Positions 53,192-63,578 of a stretch of DNA of 64,000 nucleotides are shown here, piece by piece (position 1 is the first letter of the stretch; each line of letters opens with the position of its first letter). The notes under the pieces are model-generated. The model worked only from the letters and a program-made list of their open reading frames with translations, was not told the DNA's origin and made no database searches. The stretch is taken from positions 64,001 through 128,000 of the forward strand of contig CAWHDP010000002.1 in the NCBI GenBank assembly GCA_963828125.1, given 5' to 3'. The stretch comes from an uncultured Chlamydiae bacterium. Lineage in GTDB: Bacteria > Chlamydiota > Chlamydiia > Chlamydiales > SM23-39. The translations under genes were made by a program, and so were the position numbers.

Positions 53192-53239
53192 TAGACTGCG
53201 GCCACCCCAAATTCACACTTTTGGGGTGGCCGCAGTATA
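53192..53239. repeat. Family-1 MITE-like palindrome, internally deleted
   Basis: tagactgcggccaccccaaattcacacttttggggtggccgcagtata. Confidence 0.9.
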
Positions 53240-53280
53240 AAATACATAGACTTAAGAAAGCGAACTAAAAAATTTACTTC

Positions 53281-53955
53281 TCATCCAAGCAGAACGGCGG
53301 CAACGATGGGGGCGGTCTCCGCGCGGAGGATATTGCGGTGCAACCGCACCCCCTGCGCCCTCTCTTTTAAAATCGTGAGTTCTTTCTCCGAAAATCCCTT
53401 TTCGGGACCGGAAATAAAAATAGATTCTTCCTCAGAGTATGCGGCGTTGCACTCCGATTGCGGGTGGCCGAATCGATAAAGCTCCGACCCTTGAAAAAGA
53501 TCGTCAAGAGAACCGACGAGCTTTATTGCGGGGAGATCGAGCCTGCCGCACTGTTTCATGGCGGAGATAGCGATGAATTTCAGCCTTTCTTGCTGATGCG
53601 GGGAGAGGTCGTCCTTTTCTGAATGCTGCGCGGGGTAGAGCCAAAAGGCGCTCGCGCCGAGCTCCGTGCATTTTTCTATGACGAGTTCGAGTTTAGCGAG
53701 GCGCATGAGGGGGACGGCGAGGGTGAGAAGCGGTGAGGGGATCCGATCTTGCGTCACAGAGAGGATATCGAGCCTTGCGCTATGTTTACCGATCTCTGCC
53801 ACTCTAGCGGACGCAATGGCGCCCCGTCCGTTGACGATTTCGACCTCATCGGACACCCTCATCCGCATCACATGAGCCAAGTGATGGTGTTCGGCCCCCT
53901 CCACTTCGATAGTTCCATGGAGATCGCCGTCAAAAAAGAAACGTTCAGCGGGCAT
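53281..53955 (-). CDS. rsmE: 16S rRNA m3U1498 methyltransferase
   Basis: HHLAHVMR, EKCTELG, KQCGR, GPEKGFS, ILRAETA. Confidence 0.96.
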   Translation of the reverse strand: MPAERFFFDGDLHGTIEVEGAEHHHLAHVMRMRVSDEVEIVNGRGAIASARVAEIGKHSARLDILSVTQDRIPSPLLTLAVPLMRLAKLELVIEKCTELGASAFWLYPAQHSEKDDLSPHQQERLKFIAISAMKQCGRLDLPAIKLVGSLDDLFQGSELYRFGHPQSECNAAYSEEESIFISGPEKGFSEKELTILKERAQGVRLHRNILRAETAPIVAAVLLG

Positions 53956-55240
53956 GTTCTTCCTCCTTATGCCAAATAGAGCCAGGCCGGCAGAGAGCCC
54001 GCTTGAAGACGTCAGATAAATTGTGGTGGGGCGGCAAATGTTCAGCTGCGAGCTTTTTGAGACTCTCCAAGTCTACCACATCAAACGCGCTCAGCCGTTC
54101 GTAGTGTTTATGAATCTGTCGATATCCGGTGAAATTGAACACGAGCTTAAAGCGGAAATCGTTTAACAGGGTCTCTTCTAAAGTCTTATAGTAATATATT
54201 TCGTCGGCGTGAATCAGAGGAATGTGTCGGTTCTTCTCAGGGACGATTAAAAATAAAAAGGCGAGGGGATAGATCTCTTTGAGGGTCGGCAGATGGGGCA
54301 ACAGTTGATCGAGCCCCTCGCTTGGGAGGATGATGCAGATGCAGTCTTGCCGAAATCTTTTGTAGAGGTTGTGGGTGGTCTGTTGCTTCCATCGGTTATG
54401 TTGCCACAGCCATTCTCCTGGAGCCTGTTGGATGCTCTCTTGGAGGAGGGTCAAGGTCTGATCCATCATCCGGACGATCTCCAGCTCGACAGGCCTCGAT
54501 AGATCGGGCCAGATAGGCTCGTGATAGCGGATCCGGTAGCCGCCCCGGATCCTCCGCGTAGAGGCAAAGATGATCGGGGAATGGGTCTTATAGGCAAGGA
54601 GCGCAGGGGCAGTCGAAGTCCAAGCCCGTCTGCCCAAAAACGGGAATGAGTAGCCGCTGTCGGGCATTCCCTGATCGCCGACGATCCCTATAAAGGCCCC
54701 CTTTTTTAATGCGCGGAACCCTTCCCGGACGGCGTTTCTGGGAGCGATGATCTTGCCGCCGTTTTTTTCGCGGATCGATAAAATCCAGTTATAGAGCCTC
54801 TTATTCTTAATTGTTTTGCCAATGGCAACCCCTTTCATTCGGCTCGTGCCGTCGAGAAATAGCACCTCCCAATTCGATTGGTGGCCGCAAAAAAAAATGA
54901 TCCCCTGGCCCGTTTTGTAGATCCGGTCTGCGATCTCTGGATTTTCGCAGTGGATGACCCCCGCAAAATCAGATTCTCTCCCCAATTTTGGGTATTCGAG
55001 ACAGTTGATGGCGAGATTTTGAAACGATTGTTTCGCGGTCCAGACCAACTCTTTGGGGCTCAGCGCCAAATCGGTGGCCAAAGCGAGATTGCTCAACGCC
55101 CTTTTCCGGTATTCGCGCATGAAATAAAAGGCGATCTTGCCAAACAGCCTGCCAAGGCGATGGAGCCAGGAATAGGGCATGAGGCTGCACGGATAGGTCG
55201 CTATCCGGATGGCATAATAGAGCCACTTCTCTTTATCCAC
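53945..55240 (-). CDS. htrB: Lipid A late acyltransferase (HtrB/LpxL)
   Basis: HQSNWE, VGDQ, FLG, PGEWLWQHNRWK. Confidence 0.9.
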   Translation of the reverse strand: MDKEKWLYYAIRIATYPCSLMPYSWLHRLGRLFGKIAFYFMREYRKRALSNLALATDLALSPKELVWTAKQSFQNLAINCLEYPKLGRESDFAGVIHCENPEIADRIYKTGQGIIFFCGHQSNWEVLFLDGTSRMKGVAIGKTIKNKRLYNWILSIREKNGGKIIAPRNAVREGFRALKKGAFIGIVGDQGMPDSGYSFPFLGRRAWTSTAPALLAYKTHSPIIFASTRRIRGGYRIRYHEPIWPDLSRPVELEIVRMMDQTLTLLQESIQQAPGEWLWQHNRWKQQTTHNLYKRFRQDCICIILPSEGLDQLLPHLPTLKEIYPLAFLFLIVPEKNRHIPLIHADEIYYYKTLEETLLNDFRFKLVFNFTGYRQIHKHYERLSAFDVVDLESLKKLAAEHLPPHHNLSDVFKRALCRPGSIWHKEEEHAR

Positions 55241-56357
55241 AGTTCCTCATCAAAATCTTCATTTGATTTGAAAAATCGAGGTGTTTCACACTTTCCCGGA
55301 TCGCCTCAGCGCTTTTTTCTGTTTTTCGACGCCGCAGGGCGATCCGGAGCGCATCGACCATGGCGTCCACACTGAGAAGATCTTCAATCACGGCGCCATT
55401 TTGCGGCTGCAAGATCTCATGTCCTCCGTTGTGTTTTGACGAGAGGACGAAAAGGCCCATGGCGAGCGCTTCGACAGTGACGTTTGCAAAGGGGTCGTAA
55501 AACGAGGGGATGACGAGGCAATCGGCGAGCTGATAAAAGAGGCGGATATCGAGACTTGGGCCGAAAAAATGGATCCGGTCTTTCAGGCCGAGCTGCACCG
55601 CTTTGGCCCGGTAGAGATCGATCTGGTTGTCTTTGCCGATGACAGAGAGGTGGAACGGTTCGTTTCGAAGCTCAGACAAGGCGAGAAGAAGTTGATCGAG
55701 TCCTTTGCGCAAATAGCCGTTCCCTATGAAGAGAAAATGGAAAACGTTTGGATCGAGGTAAAATTTTTTGAACCCCTCTTTTCTTTGTTCTTTCCAAACT
55801 GTGAAATCGCCCTCCATTTCCTGCCACTCGACGCCATTATGGATCACCTGGATCTTGGCTGGGTCGACCGCATAATGGGATAGCACCTGGCTCCGGACCA
55901 TATGGGAATTAGTAAACAGTTTTTCTAGAGACGGATTTTCAAAGGCGCTCCTTTCCAGTTCGAGGATTTTGCGGTGGAGGGGATTCCAATGGAAAAAAAG
56001 GGCCTTGAGACGCCCTTCGGTAAAAAGTCTACTTTTCAGATAGGCAGCATGGACTCCATTGCCCGCCCGGATGTGAGTTTGATACCGGTTTCTATCCATT
56101 CCAAAGACGAGATCGGCCCTATTTTTCTTGAGCCACTTCTGGACGAAAGCGTCGAATTGCTCCATCCGGAGGAAAGCAGGCCAGGGGAGGGTTTTTGTCG
56201 TAAAGACAGGGATCTCCGGATGTCGAAGGGCGTCTCCCGTGGTCAAGATCGAAATGCGGGCCCCCTGATCGAGAAAGGCTTGCGCGATGCGGGAGGCATA
56301 TTTTTCGAGGCCGCCGTGGTTGTTGGAGCGGGATTTGAGGAGAACAACGTGTTTCAT
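55233..56357 (-). CDS. GT4 glycosyltransferase (WaaG/WabG-like, LPS core)
   Basis: GGLEKY, IHNGV, RKGL, PSFYDPFANVTVEALAMG. Confidence 0.88.
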   Translation of the reverse strand: MKHVVLLKSRSNNHGGLEKYASRIAQAFLDQGARISILTTGDALRHPEIPVFTTKTLPWPAFLRMEQFDAFVQKWLKKNRADLVFGMDRNRYQTHIRAGNGVHAAYLKSRLFTEGRLKALFFHWNPLHRKILELERSAFENPSLEKLFTNSHMVRSQVLSHYAVDPAKIQVIHNGVEWQEMEGDFTVWKEQRKEGFKKFYLDPNVFHFLFIGNGYLRKGLDQLLLALSELRNEPFHLSVIGKDNQIDLYRAKAVQLGLKDRIHFFGPSLDIRLFYQLADCLVIPSFYDPFANVTVEALAMGLFVLSSKHNGGHEILQPQNGAVIEDLLSVDAMVDALRIALRRRKTEKSAEAIRESVKHLDFSNQMKILMRNCG

Positions 56358-57613
56358 GGATAGTTTTGCGCTGTTACTGAAATCGCGTTGGCTTGGAGTT
56401 CGATTTTGAGGGAGAGTTTCCGGTTGTTCGGAGTGTAGAGGCGAAACCGGTTCATATAGCTCCGGAAGCGATTGCGGAGGGACTCCTCGATGAGATGGGG
56501 CTGCGCATCAGAAACGATGTCATTCGATTCGGCCATCACTTTGGCTACATACCGATCCTCGAGTTCATGGGGAGAGAGGAACTGGGCGTTCCAGAGAAGG
56601 GTCTCCCGTTCCGATTTAGGTGAGGCGATGATGACCATTTCGATCCGATCTTTCACCGTCTCTAAAAAAAGGCGACTCACCCCTTGTGCATAGAGAGGCG
56701 CATTGAATACCTTGATCCCATTTTTCTTGGCGATGAAGTCGTTTGGAGCGAGCGGGTAGGTCTCTGGATTGAGAGTATTGCTGTATTTGGGGGGGAAAAA
56801 GACGGTGACCGGGATCGAAAACCCGATCGGCAGCAGGTCTTGGCGCGAAAAATCGATCCGCAAGGTTTTGGCGAGGGGGTCATCGATCTCAATCGGCGTT
56901 TCAGAGAGGAGAGGCAGGGAGATTTTTTTCCATGAATCGGGGACGAAAAAGCTGATCTCATCCGATTTGTCGGCTAAGACAGCGCTTTGAAGAGCGTCGA
57001 GATCTTCCTGCCGGAGATCGTTCAAATTAAAGGTGAGTTTGAGGCCCCGGGTTTTGAGCCTTTTGACCGCCTCTTCGGGGCCGTTTACTGAGACGGATAG
57101 CTGAGAGGGGTAAATATCGAGGAATTGGTACCCTTTTGGAACCTCTCCGATTGGCTGCGTCACTGTGATCGGGATCCGGTCGCTGATCAGCTTGCTTTGA
57201 CGGATAATGAGTTCAGTAGGCAAAATGCGGGAGATCTGTTTGTCGATATCGAGATCGGCGTTGAGGCTCACTAAATGTTTCTTTTCGATCGAGGCGATCC
57301 ACTCGTGCGATTTGTCCTTCGCATCGATCAAGATCTCGAAATCTTTTGCCGAGATCTCCTCGAGAGCCGATTTGTGGCCGATCAGAGTGAGAGAGACCCT
57401 TTTGCTTAAATAGCCGTTGAGCTGCATCCCCTCGATCGTTTTATCGAGCGGCAAATTGACGACCCTCACCGGAATATTCTGGACGACTTTACTCACGGTC
57501 ATCGAGTGGCTCACCATCATCCAGACGATCACCGCTAAGATGAGCGAGACCAACTTGCGGGGCCAATTTTCGATAAATAGGCGGAATAACAGGCTTTTCA
57601 CGTCTTCAACCAC
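56354..57613 (-). CDS. ybbR: YbbR/CdaR-like diadenylate cyclase regulator
   Basis: NWPRKLVSLILAVIVW anchor. Follows dacA. Confidence 0.8.
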   Translation of the reverse strand: MVEDVKSLLFRLFIENWPRKLVSLILAVIVWMMVSHSMTVSKVVQNIPVRVVNLPLDKTIEGMQLNGYLSKRVSLTLIGHKSALEEISAKDFEILIDAKDKSHEWIASIEKKHLVSLNADLDIDKQISRILPTELIIRQSKLISDRIPITVTQPIGEVPKGYQFLDIYPSQLSVSVNGPEEAVKRLKTRGLKLTFNLNDLRQEDLDALQSAVLADKSDEISFFVPDSWKKISLPLLSETPIEIDDPLAKTLRIDFSRQDLLPIGFSIPVTVFFPPKYSNTLNPETYPLAPNDFIAKKNGIKVFNAPLYAQGVSRLFLETVKDRIEMVIIASPKSERETLLWNAQFLSPHELEDRYVAKVMAESNDIVSDAQPHLIEESLRNRFRSYMNRFRLYTPNNRKLSLKIELQANAISVTAQNYP

Positions 57614-58392
57614 TCCATCAAACTGAATTTTGTTTTCATGCTATGGGCCGGAGGATTGAAGATACTGCGGACGATCCCTTTAAAGCGATCGATTTTTACG
57701 CCGCGGGTCATAATCCCCTCTCTTGCGATAGAGACCTTGCCCGTCTCCTCTGAGACGACGATCACAAGGGCGTCGGTCATATGGCTTAAGCCGAGCCCCG
57801 CTCTGTGGCGCGTCCCCATCGATTTAGCGAGTTGAGAAGAATCCTCGATCAAAGGGAGAATGACAGCGGCAGCCAGGATCGTTTTATCCCTTAAAATCAC
57901 GGCGCCGTCGTGAAGGGGGGTGTTCGTAGAGAAAATCGTTTCGAGCAGCTCCGGCGAAAACTCGCCGTTCAGCATCACCGCTTTTTGGGCATATTCTTGG
58001 AGGGAATCTTCGTTTTCCATAGCGATGAGGGCGCCGATCCGCTTTTCCGACATTTTGTAGACGGAGTTTGCCAGCTGGTCAAGGAAGCGGTCGAATTCGG
58101 TGATCTCTCTCGATCTGCGGCTTTTCAGACTCAGCTTGGAGAGGGCCACCCTCAGTTCAGGCTGGAAAATGATGATCACTGCAATCGCGGCGACATTGCC
58201 GACCAGGATCATGATTTTATGGAGGACCGGGAGATTGAGCCAGCTCGAAACGCCCAAAATGAGAAAAAAGGCGAGGAAGCCGAGGACGAGATCCATCGAT
58301 TTCGTATTCCAGAGGAAAGACAAGATGTAGTTCAGCATGACCGCGATGATCATGACTTCGATAAAAGGGGTGATCGAATGAAAAAAACTCAT
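57598..58392 (-). CDS. dacA: Diadenylate cyclase (CdaA type)
   Basis: Three TM helices, FQPELR, LHDGA, GTRHRA, VSEETG. Confidence 0.96.
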   Translation of the reverse strand: MSFFHSITPFIEVMIIAVMLNYILSFLWNTKSMDLVLGFLAFFLILGVSSWLNLPVLHKIMILVGNVAAIAVIIIFQPELRVALSKLSLKSRRSREITEFDRFLDQLANSVYKMSEKRIGALIAMENEDSLQEYAQKAVMLNGEFSPELLETIFSTNTPLHDGAVILRDKTILAAAVILPLIEDSSQLAKSMGTRHRAGLGLSHMTDALVIVVSEETGKVSIAREGIMTRGVKIDRFKGIVRSIFNPPAHSMKTKFSLMEWLKT

Positions 58393-58588
58393 AAGATTGT
58401 CCTTTTACAAAAAATCGATAAATCTTTGCAAGATATTCATGACTAGCCCCAGGACGATTGTAGTGTTTTTGGGAGTTGAAGACAAGTGGTAGAAAAAAAT
58501 TCTCAGTCGTTTTCAAAAAAACAAAATATCTTCTTGCAACGCCTCTTGAATTTCTATAAACTCCTCGTCCTTTCTCAAGGGGGTGACG

Positions 58589-59434
58589 ATGCGTGCGCTT
58601 TTTATTGCTGTTTTGTTGGCGTTCTCTCTCTCGGCAGATGAAGAAATTGGACTCATCGGATCGAGTCCCGATCAGATCGCCTCTTTGATGAGCGACGGCT
58701 CGTTTTTGATCGGAGGCTGCGTCCACCCATTGTCTGGGCAGCTCTCTTTAAGTTCCGTGGATTTGGTAGCCAAGGGAACCCAACCTTTAAGCCTTTTCCG
58801 CGTCTTTGTTCCCGGTTCGATCGCTCCCCCTCCGCCGCTCCGCCATTCGGAAATGCAAGAGTATTCCAATGAAAGAGCTTTTTTACAGTCTATCCAGAAG
58901 AGTCATAGAGGCTGGGTCTTTCTCCCCCATGCAAGGCTGGAGTGGAAGGGAGCGGAGTTGTTAGCTCCCGAGCGATGGAAGGTTCCCGATACAAATGGCG
59001 CCATCTATTCCTTCGCCTCCGGGAGTGGGAAATGGCTCGATCTCTCAGGCGTAAGCAACGCCTCGGGGGATACCCCCTCAGGCCGTTTTGATCCGAGGAA
59101 TATTCAAGTTATCCCTCAACCTGAGGGTGTTGAGGTTTCGTTTCCCGATGGGACGAAGAGAATCTACCATGGAGGGAATCAGGTATTTAATCTCTCCAAG
59201 GAGATTCTTCCCAACGGGAAAGTCGTTAAGTACTCCTATTCGGAAAACAAGATCCTGATCGAAAGTTTCGATCCTTCAGAAAAACACCTCTACGCCTCTT
59301 TGATCCTCGATACCGCGACCTTCCCCAATCAACTCTTGATCCATGATTGGTTCCGCAAAGGCACTTGCGGCGAGTACAAAAATAGCAAAGGAGAGTACAG
59401 GGGGGAACGAGAGGCGTCCCCTATATGGCGGTAA
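58589..59434 (+). CDS. N-terminal part of an RHS protein with Sec-type signal peptide
   Basis: MRALFIAVLLAFSLSA, CVHPLSGQL...DL...G..PL.L.R typical of RHS N-termini, EILPNGK. Out of frame with 59425-63573. Confidence 0.75.
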   Translation: MRALFIAVLLAFSLSADEEIGLIGSSPDQIASLMSDGSFLIGGCVHPLSGQLSLSSVDLVAKGTQPLSLFRVFVPGSIAPPPPLRHSEMQEYSNERAFLQSIQKSHRGWVFLPHARLEWKGAELLAPERWKVPDTNGAIYSFASGSGKWLDLSGVSNASGDTPSGRFDPRNIQVIPQPEGVEVSFPDGTKRIYHGGNQVFNLSKEILPNGKVVKYSYSENKILIESFDPSEKHLYASLILDTATFPNQLLIHDWFRKGTCGEYKNSKGEYRGEREASPIWR

Positions 59435-62400
59435 CTGGAGCGCGAACCAACACTGGGCAAACCGCCGCCTACGGATATGAGTCCACCAACAGATCTAAAA
59501 AACTCGACAAGAAGTGCGGGCTATTCACGGATGAATTTTCTTTCATCCCAAATTTAAAAACTGCCTCCACTCCTGAATATCGGGGAGAGAGTTTTGAGTA
59601 TGACCATTATTTGCCGATGATCCATTTCGGGAAATCTCAATTTGTGAAAGTGACTTATCAAGGCTCCCCCCTTCGCGTCAAAACGCTCCACTTTCCAAAC
59701 GGAAACCAAGACGCCTTTATCCCTCTCTACACGATCGATATCGATCCACCGATATCCAATCAAAAATCAGGAACGACTACCGTGACTCGTAAAGACGGTT
59801 GTCAAACAATCTACACTTTTTCTCATCAGATGCTCCCCCAATCGATCCGATGGCTCGCCCCCGATGGCAAAACGGTTAAACTCAAGGTTTATGGCTGGGA
59901 CGCCGATCATCGCTTGACCTTTATCGAGTGGAGAGATGGGGACAATCGCCTTTTTTATCGAAAATCTTTCGAAGAGTATGACAGCTTCAACAATCCGCAA
60001 AAAGAGAGGATGACGGGCGATCTCACTGGATCGGGATCCATTGAAACGTATACGATCTCGCGTGTTTTCTCCAAAGATCGGATGAACCTCATTCTTCAGG
60101 AAGAGACCGAAGACGGCCTGACGACCACCTTTCGCTATGTGGATAAAACCAATCTGTTGAAAAGTAAGTACACGAGAGGCGAAGGGGTTCATGTTAGAGA
60201 ATTCTTTGAATACGACGCCTCCAATAACCTCATTCGAACCATCCTCGATGACGGCAGCCATGACGATCCGGACGACATGAGGGATATCACTGAACAGCGC
60301 ATCGTCAACTATACTCTCCGGCAGAGCGCCCCCTTTTTACACATGCCGGAACAGATTGAAGAGAGATCGATGGATGGCTCGCTCATCAAGAAGACGAAGC
60401 TAACCTATGACAAATGGGGGAACGTTGCAGAAGAGGAGGTGTTTGGTTCCGATGATCAGCTCGCCTATTCTGTTAAGAAAGAGTTTGACGAGCAAGGCAA
60501 TATCGTTTCAGAGACCAATCCCCTTCAATGTACGGCTGTTTCGAGCTATGATCCGAGGGGCTTTCTCCTCACATCGGCGACCTTCTCAAACCGGCTGAAA
60601 ACTGAAAGGGCATACAATGCAGCAGGCCGGCTCAAAGAAAAGGTTGAAACAGGAGGAGAAATCGTCCACACCACGCGCTACGATTACGACATCTATAGCC
60701 GGCTGATCAAAGAAACGGATCCTTTTGGCAACGATACCGAATATAAAGAATACGATTCCGTAGCAGCTCAGCCCAAACGGATAGACGAGCCCCTCGGCAT
60801 AGTCAATAAAAATCTCTATGACGGCTTAGGCCGCTTCATTGAGAAAATCGATCCAAACAACCACGCAACCCACTATAGATATAACGCTTATGGTTCTCCC
60901 GTAGAGATCATCTATCCAGATGGGACGTCTGAAAAATACGTCTACTATAAAAATGGGAAAATGAGATCCTACACGGATCAGAGAGGAGTGACGGCCGAAT
61001 ATTTTTACGATGTGTTGGAGAGACCCACTAAAAAAAAATTTTCCTTTCAGAAAGAACAGATCGCCCAAGAGATTTTTACTTATAGTTCATTCCATCTCGA
61101 AACCCACACGGATAAAGAAAAGCGGATCACGACCTACAAATACGACGGCGCCGGAAGAAAAAGGGAAGAAACCTTTTGCGGTAGAACCAAAGTCTTTGAA
61201 TACAATCCGATTGGACAGCTCGCAGCCGTCACAGAGGGCGGCACTCTTAAAACGGAGTATGACCGCGATCCGTTAGATCAGATCCTCGAGATTCGGAAAA
61301 CCGATCTGAAAGGGGAGCTGCAATACCGGATCGGATATGGATGGGATCCGGACGGCAATCAAATTTCTACCACTCGCTATCCGCATAATCAAGCGGCTGT
61401 GGAGACCTCCATATTCGATCCATTTGGACGGATCACCGAATGGAAAGATCCGATTGGCTTTAGCACTACTACAAAATATCTGGAAAGTTCCCATCTGCAA
61501 ACGATTTCAACAGACCCGAATGGGATAGAGACGACTCAAATCTTTGATGCCTGTGGGAGACTCACTTCGACGCAGATCGGCGCATTGTATAAAGAAATCC
61601 AAAAATACGATTTTGCGGGCAATCTCATCGAAAAAGAAGAGGCGTCGCTTAAAACACGCTATGAATACGACAGTCTAAATCGGATAAAAACTTTGACCCG
61701 AGCGTACGGCTCTCCTGACGCTAGAACCACTACCTATACTTATAAACCAGGGGGCCTGCTTGGCACGAAAACATTCCCCAATAAAACGAGCTTAACCTAT
61801 GAGTATACTCCCCTTGGCCACCTCCATTTTGTCGATTCTTCGGACGACTCTATTCACCAAATATTCGAACATGATTTAAACGGACAGCTCCTTTCTGCCA
61901 TTGACGACCACCACGTCTTTACCCGTATCCTCGATGATTTCGGCAATATTTTAACCGAAACGATCAATGGGATCTCTGTTCAAAGAACCTACGACCCCCT
62001 CAATCGCCTCGCATCGATCACATTTCCCGATCAAAGTTCTGCCCATTATATCTATGAGGCCCTCTATTTAAAAACTGTTCAACGTTTCTCTGCCTCTCAT
62101 CAGCCGCTCTATATCCACACCTACTCATCCTATGATTTATCCGGAAATCTCATTACCGAAGAATTCATCCACAATCTCGGCTCCCAATCCCATACCTGGA
62201 ATACCAATCGAGCCAAAACCTCGATCACTAGCCCCTATTTCACACAAACCCTTGAGTTTGATCCTGGTTCTCGGATCAGATCGATCTCCTCCGATGGGAC
62301 TTATGAGTACAACGATCAATCCGAGTTGACCCTCGAGCATCTTCCCGACCGCCAATGTATCTACGCCTACGATCTGCACCACAACCGTTCTGAAAAAAAC

Positions 62401-63573
62401 GGTCATACGACTGTATACAATCTCCTCGATGAGCCTATCACCCTCGATCATGACCTCAATGGCAATCTCCAACAAAATAGCCAATTTCAATATCGCTATG
62501 ACAGCCTGAACAGACTGACTGAAGCGGAAAATAGCGAGACACAGATTGTTTTTTCTTACGACGCGCTGGATCGATGCATTGCAAAAACCGTCAATGGCCT
62601 CCGTGAAATTTATCTCTATCATGGGATCGAAGAGCTGGGCGCCTTCCATCCGGACGGCCAAACAAAGGAACTAAAAATCCCAGGATTGCCCCTCCGACCC
62701 GTCGCGATCGAACTGGTAGATGAGGTTTTTGCTCCCATTTGCGATTACCGAGGCAATATCCGACGGCTAATCGATGCAACAGGCCAAATCGCCGGATCTT
62801 ACGACTATACCGCTTTCGGAGAGGATCTCGTTCCTATCATCTCTTTGAACCCGTGGCGATATTGCGCAAAGCGATTCGACAGTCGATTGGGACTCTACGC
62901 CTTTGAAAAGCGGTTCTACGATCCTTCCTCCGCTCGATGGAGTACTACCGATCCCGCAGGATTCATGGATGGGACCAATTTATATACCTATCTCCACAAC
63001 GATCCTCTCCGGAACATTGATCCAAGTGGAACCTTTGCTTTCCCCCTCATTGGTCTATCGTGGGGGGCCTCGAGTTGGGTGGCAACCGCCCTCTGTTCGC
63101 ATCCGGTGGGCTGGGCTATCGGGGGAACCCTCATGGCGGCGGTCGCTATCGGTTGGGCCACCCAGCAGCTGATAGACACACGCCACATTTCGACGAGTAC
63201 AAAAGGGATAGCTGAGACGATTGCCAAAGGATTGATCTCATCGCTGGGATCTTCTGCTGGAACAAAGGTCTGCTCTACAGGATATGGTGGGTATGTCTAT
63301 CTAGATAAAAATCACAGTCTATCGAAAAATGAAGTAAGGGTAGATCCTAAAAATCTAAGCGAACAGCTAACCCTTGAAGAGGCTAAAGCAAAACCACAAA
63401 ATTCTAAAGAAGAAATAATGCAAGGCAAAATCAAAGATTCCAGATATCCTGAAAAGGAATGGAAAAAAGTTGAGCACACCCACGAAAAGCCGGATGGAAC
63501 CAAGATTGATATTCATTACTGGGAAAATAGGATAACGGGAGCAAGGCATGGTTTTAAATTCAAAAATAAATGA
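59425..63573 (+). CDS. RHS/YD-repeat polymorphic toxin with C-terminal toxin domain
   Basis: YD repeats. Core end RFYDPSSARWSTTDPAG...NLYTYLHNDPLRNIDPSG, then a hydrophobic linker and a low-GC tip. Confidence 0.93.
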   Translation: MAVTGARTNTGQTAAYGYESTNRSKKLDKKCGLFTDEFSFIPNLKTASTPEYRGESFEYDHYLPMIHFGKSQFVKVTYQGSPLRVKTLHFPNGNQDAFIPLYTIDIDPPISNQKSGTTTVTRKDGCQTIYTFSHQMLPQSIRWLAPDGKTVKLKVYGWDADHRLTFIEWRDGDNRLFYRKSFEEYDSFNNPQKERMTGDLTGSGSIETYTISRVFSKDRMNLILQEETEDGLTTTFRYVDKTNLLKSKYTRGEGVHVREFFEYDASNNLIRTILDDGSHDDPDDMRDITEQRIVNYTLRQSAPFLHMPEQIEERSMDGSLIKKTKLTYDKWGNVAEEEVFGSDDQLAYSVKKEFDEQGNIVSETNPLQCTAVSSYDPRGFLLTSATFSNRLKTERAYNAAGRLKEKVETGGEIVHTTRYDYDIYSRLIKETDPFGNDTEYKEYDSVAAQPKRIDEPLGIVNKNLYDGLGRFIEKIDPNNHATHYRYNAYGSPVEIIYPDGTSEKYVYYKNGKMRSYTDQRGVTAEYFYDVLERPTKKKFSFQKEQIAQEIFTYSSFHLETHTDKEKRITTYKYDGAGRKREETFCGRTKVFEYNPIGQLAAVTEGGTLKTEYDRDPLDQILEIRKTDLKGELQYRIGYGWDPDGNQISTTRYPHNQAAVETSIFDPFGRITEWKDPIGFSTTTKYLESSHLQTISTDPNGIETTQIFDACGRLTSTQIGALYKEIQKYDFAGNLIEKEEASLKTRYEYDSLNRIKTLTRAYGSPDARTTTYTYKPGGLLGTKTFPNKTSLTYEYTPLGHLHFVDSSDDSIHQIFEHDLNGQLLSAIDDHHVFTRILDDFGNILTETINGISVQRTYDPLNRLASITFPDQSSAHYIYEALYLKTVQRFSASHQPLYIHTYSSYDLSGNLITEEFIHNLGSQSHTWNTNRAKTSITSPYFTQTLEFDPGSRIRSISSDGTYEYNDQSELTLEHLPDRQCIYAYDLHHNRSEKNGHTTVYNLLDEPITLDHDLNGNLQQNSQFQYRYDSLNRLTEAENSETQIVFSYDALDRCIAKTVNGLREIYLYHGIEELGAFHPDGQTKELKIPGLPLRPVAIELVDEVFAPICDYRGNIRRLIDATGQIAGSYDYTAFGEDLVPIISLNPWRYCAKRFDSRLGLYAFEKRFYDPSSARWSTTDPAGFMDGTNLYTYLHNDPLRNIDPSGTFAFPLIGLSWGASSWVATALCSHPVGWAIGGTLMAAVAIGWATQQLIDTRHISTSTKGIAETIAKGLISSLGSSAGTKVCSTGYGGYVYLDKNHSLSKNEVRVDPKNLSEQLTLEEAKAKPQNSKEEIMQGKIKDSRYPEKEWKKVEHTHEKPDGTKIDIHYWENRITGARHGFKFKNK

Positions 63574-63578
63574 TTTTT

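Noticed and set aside
53154..53216. N-terminal extensions of track ORFs 52011-53216 and 35978-36898
   Set aside because: They run through repeat or intergenic sequence. Downstream ATGs are more plausible.
35869..53239. Family-1 repeats as a CRISPR array or simple terminators
   Set aside because: They are dispersed, of variable length and without spacers or U-tracts, and one is nested with a TA duplication.
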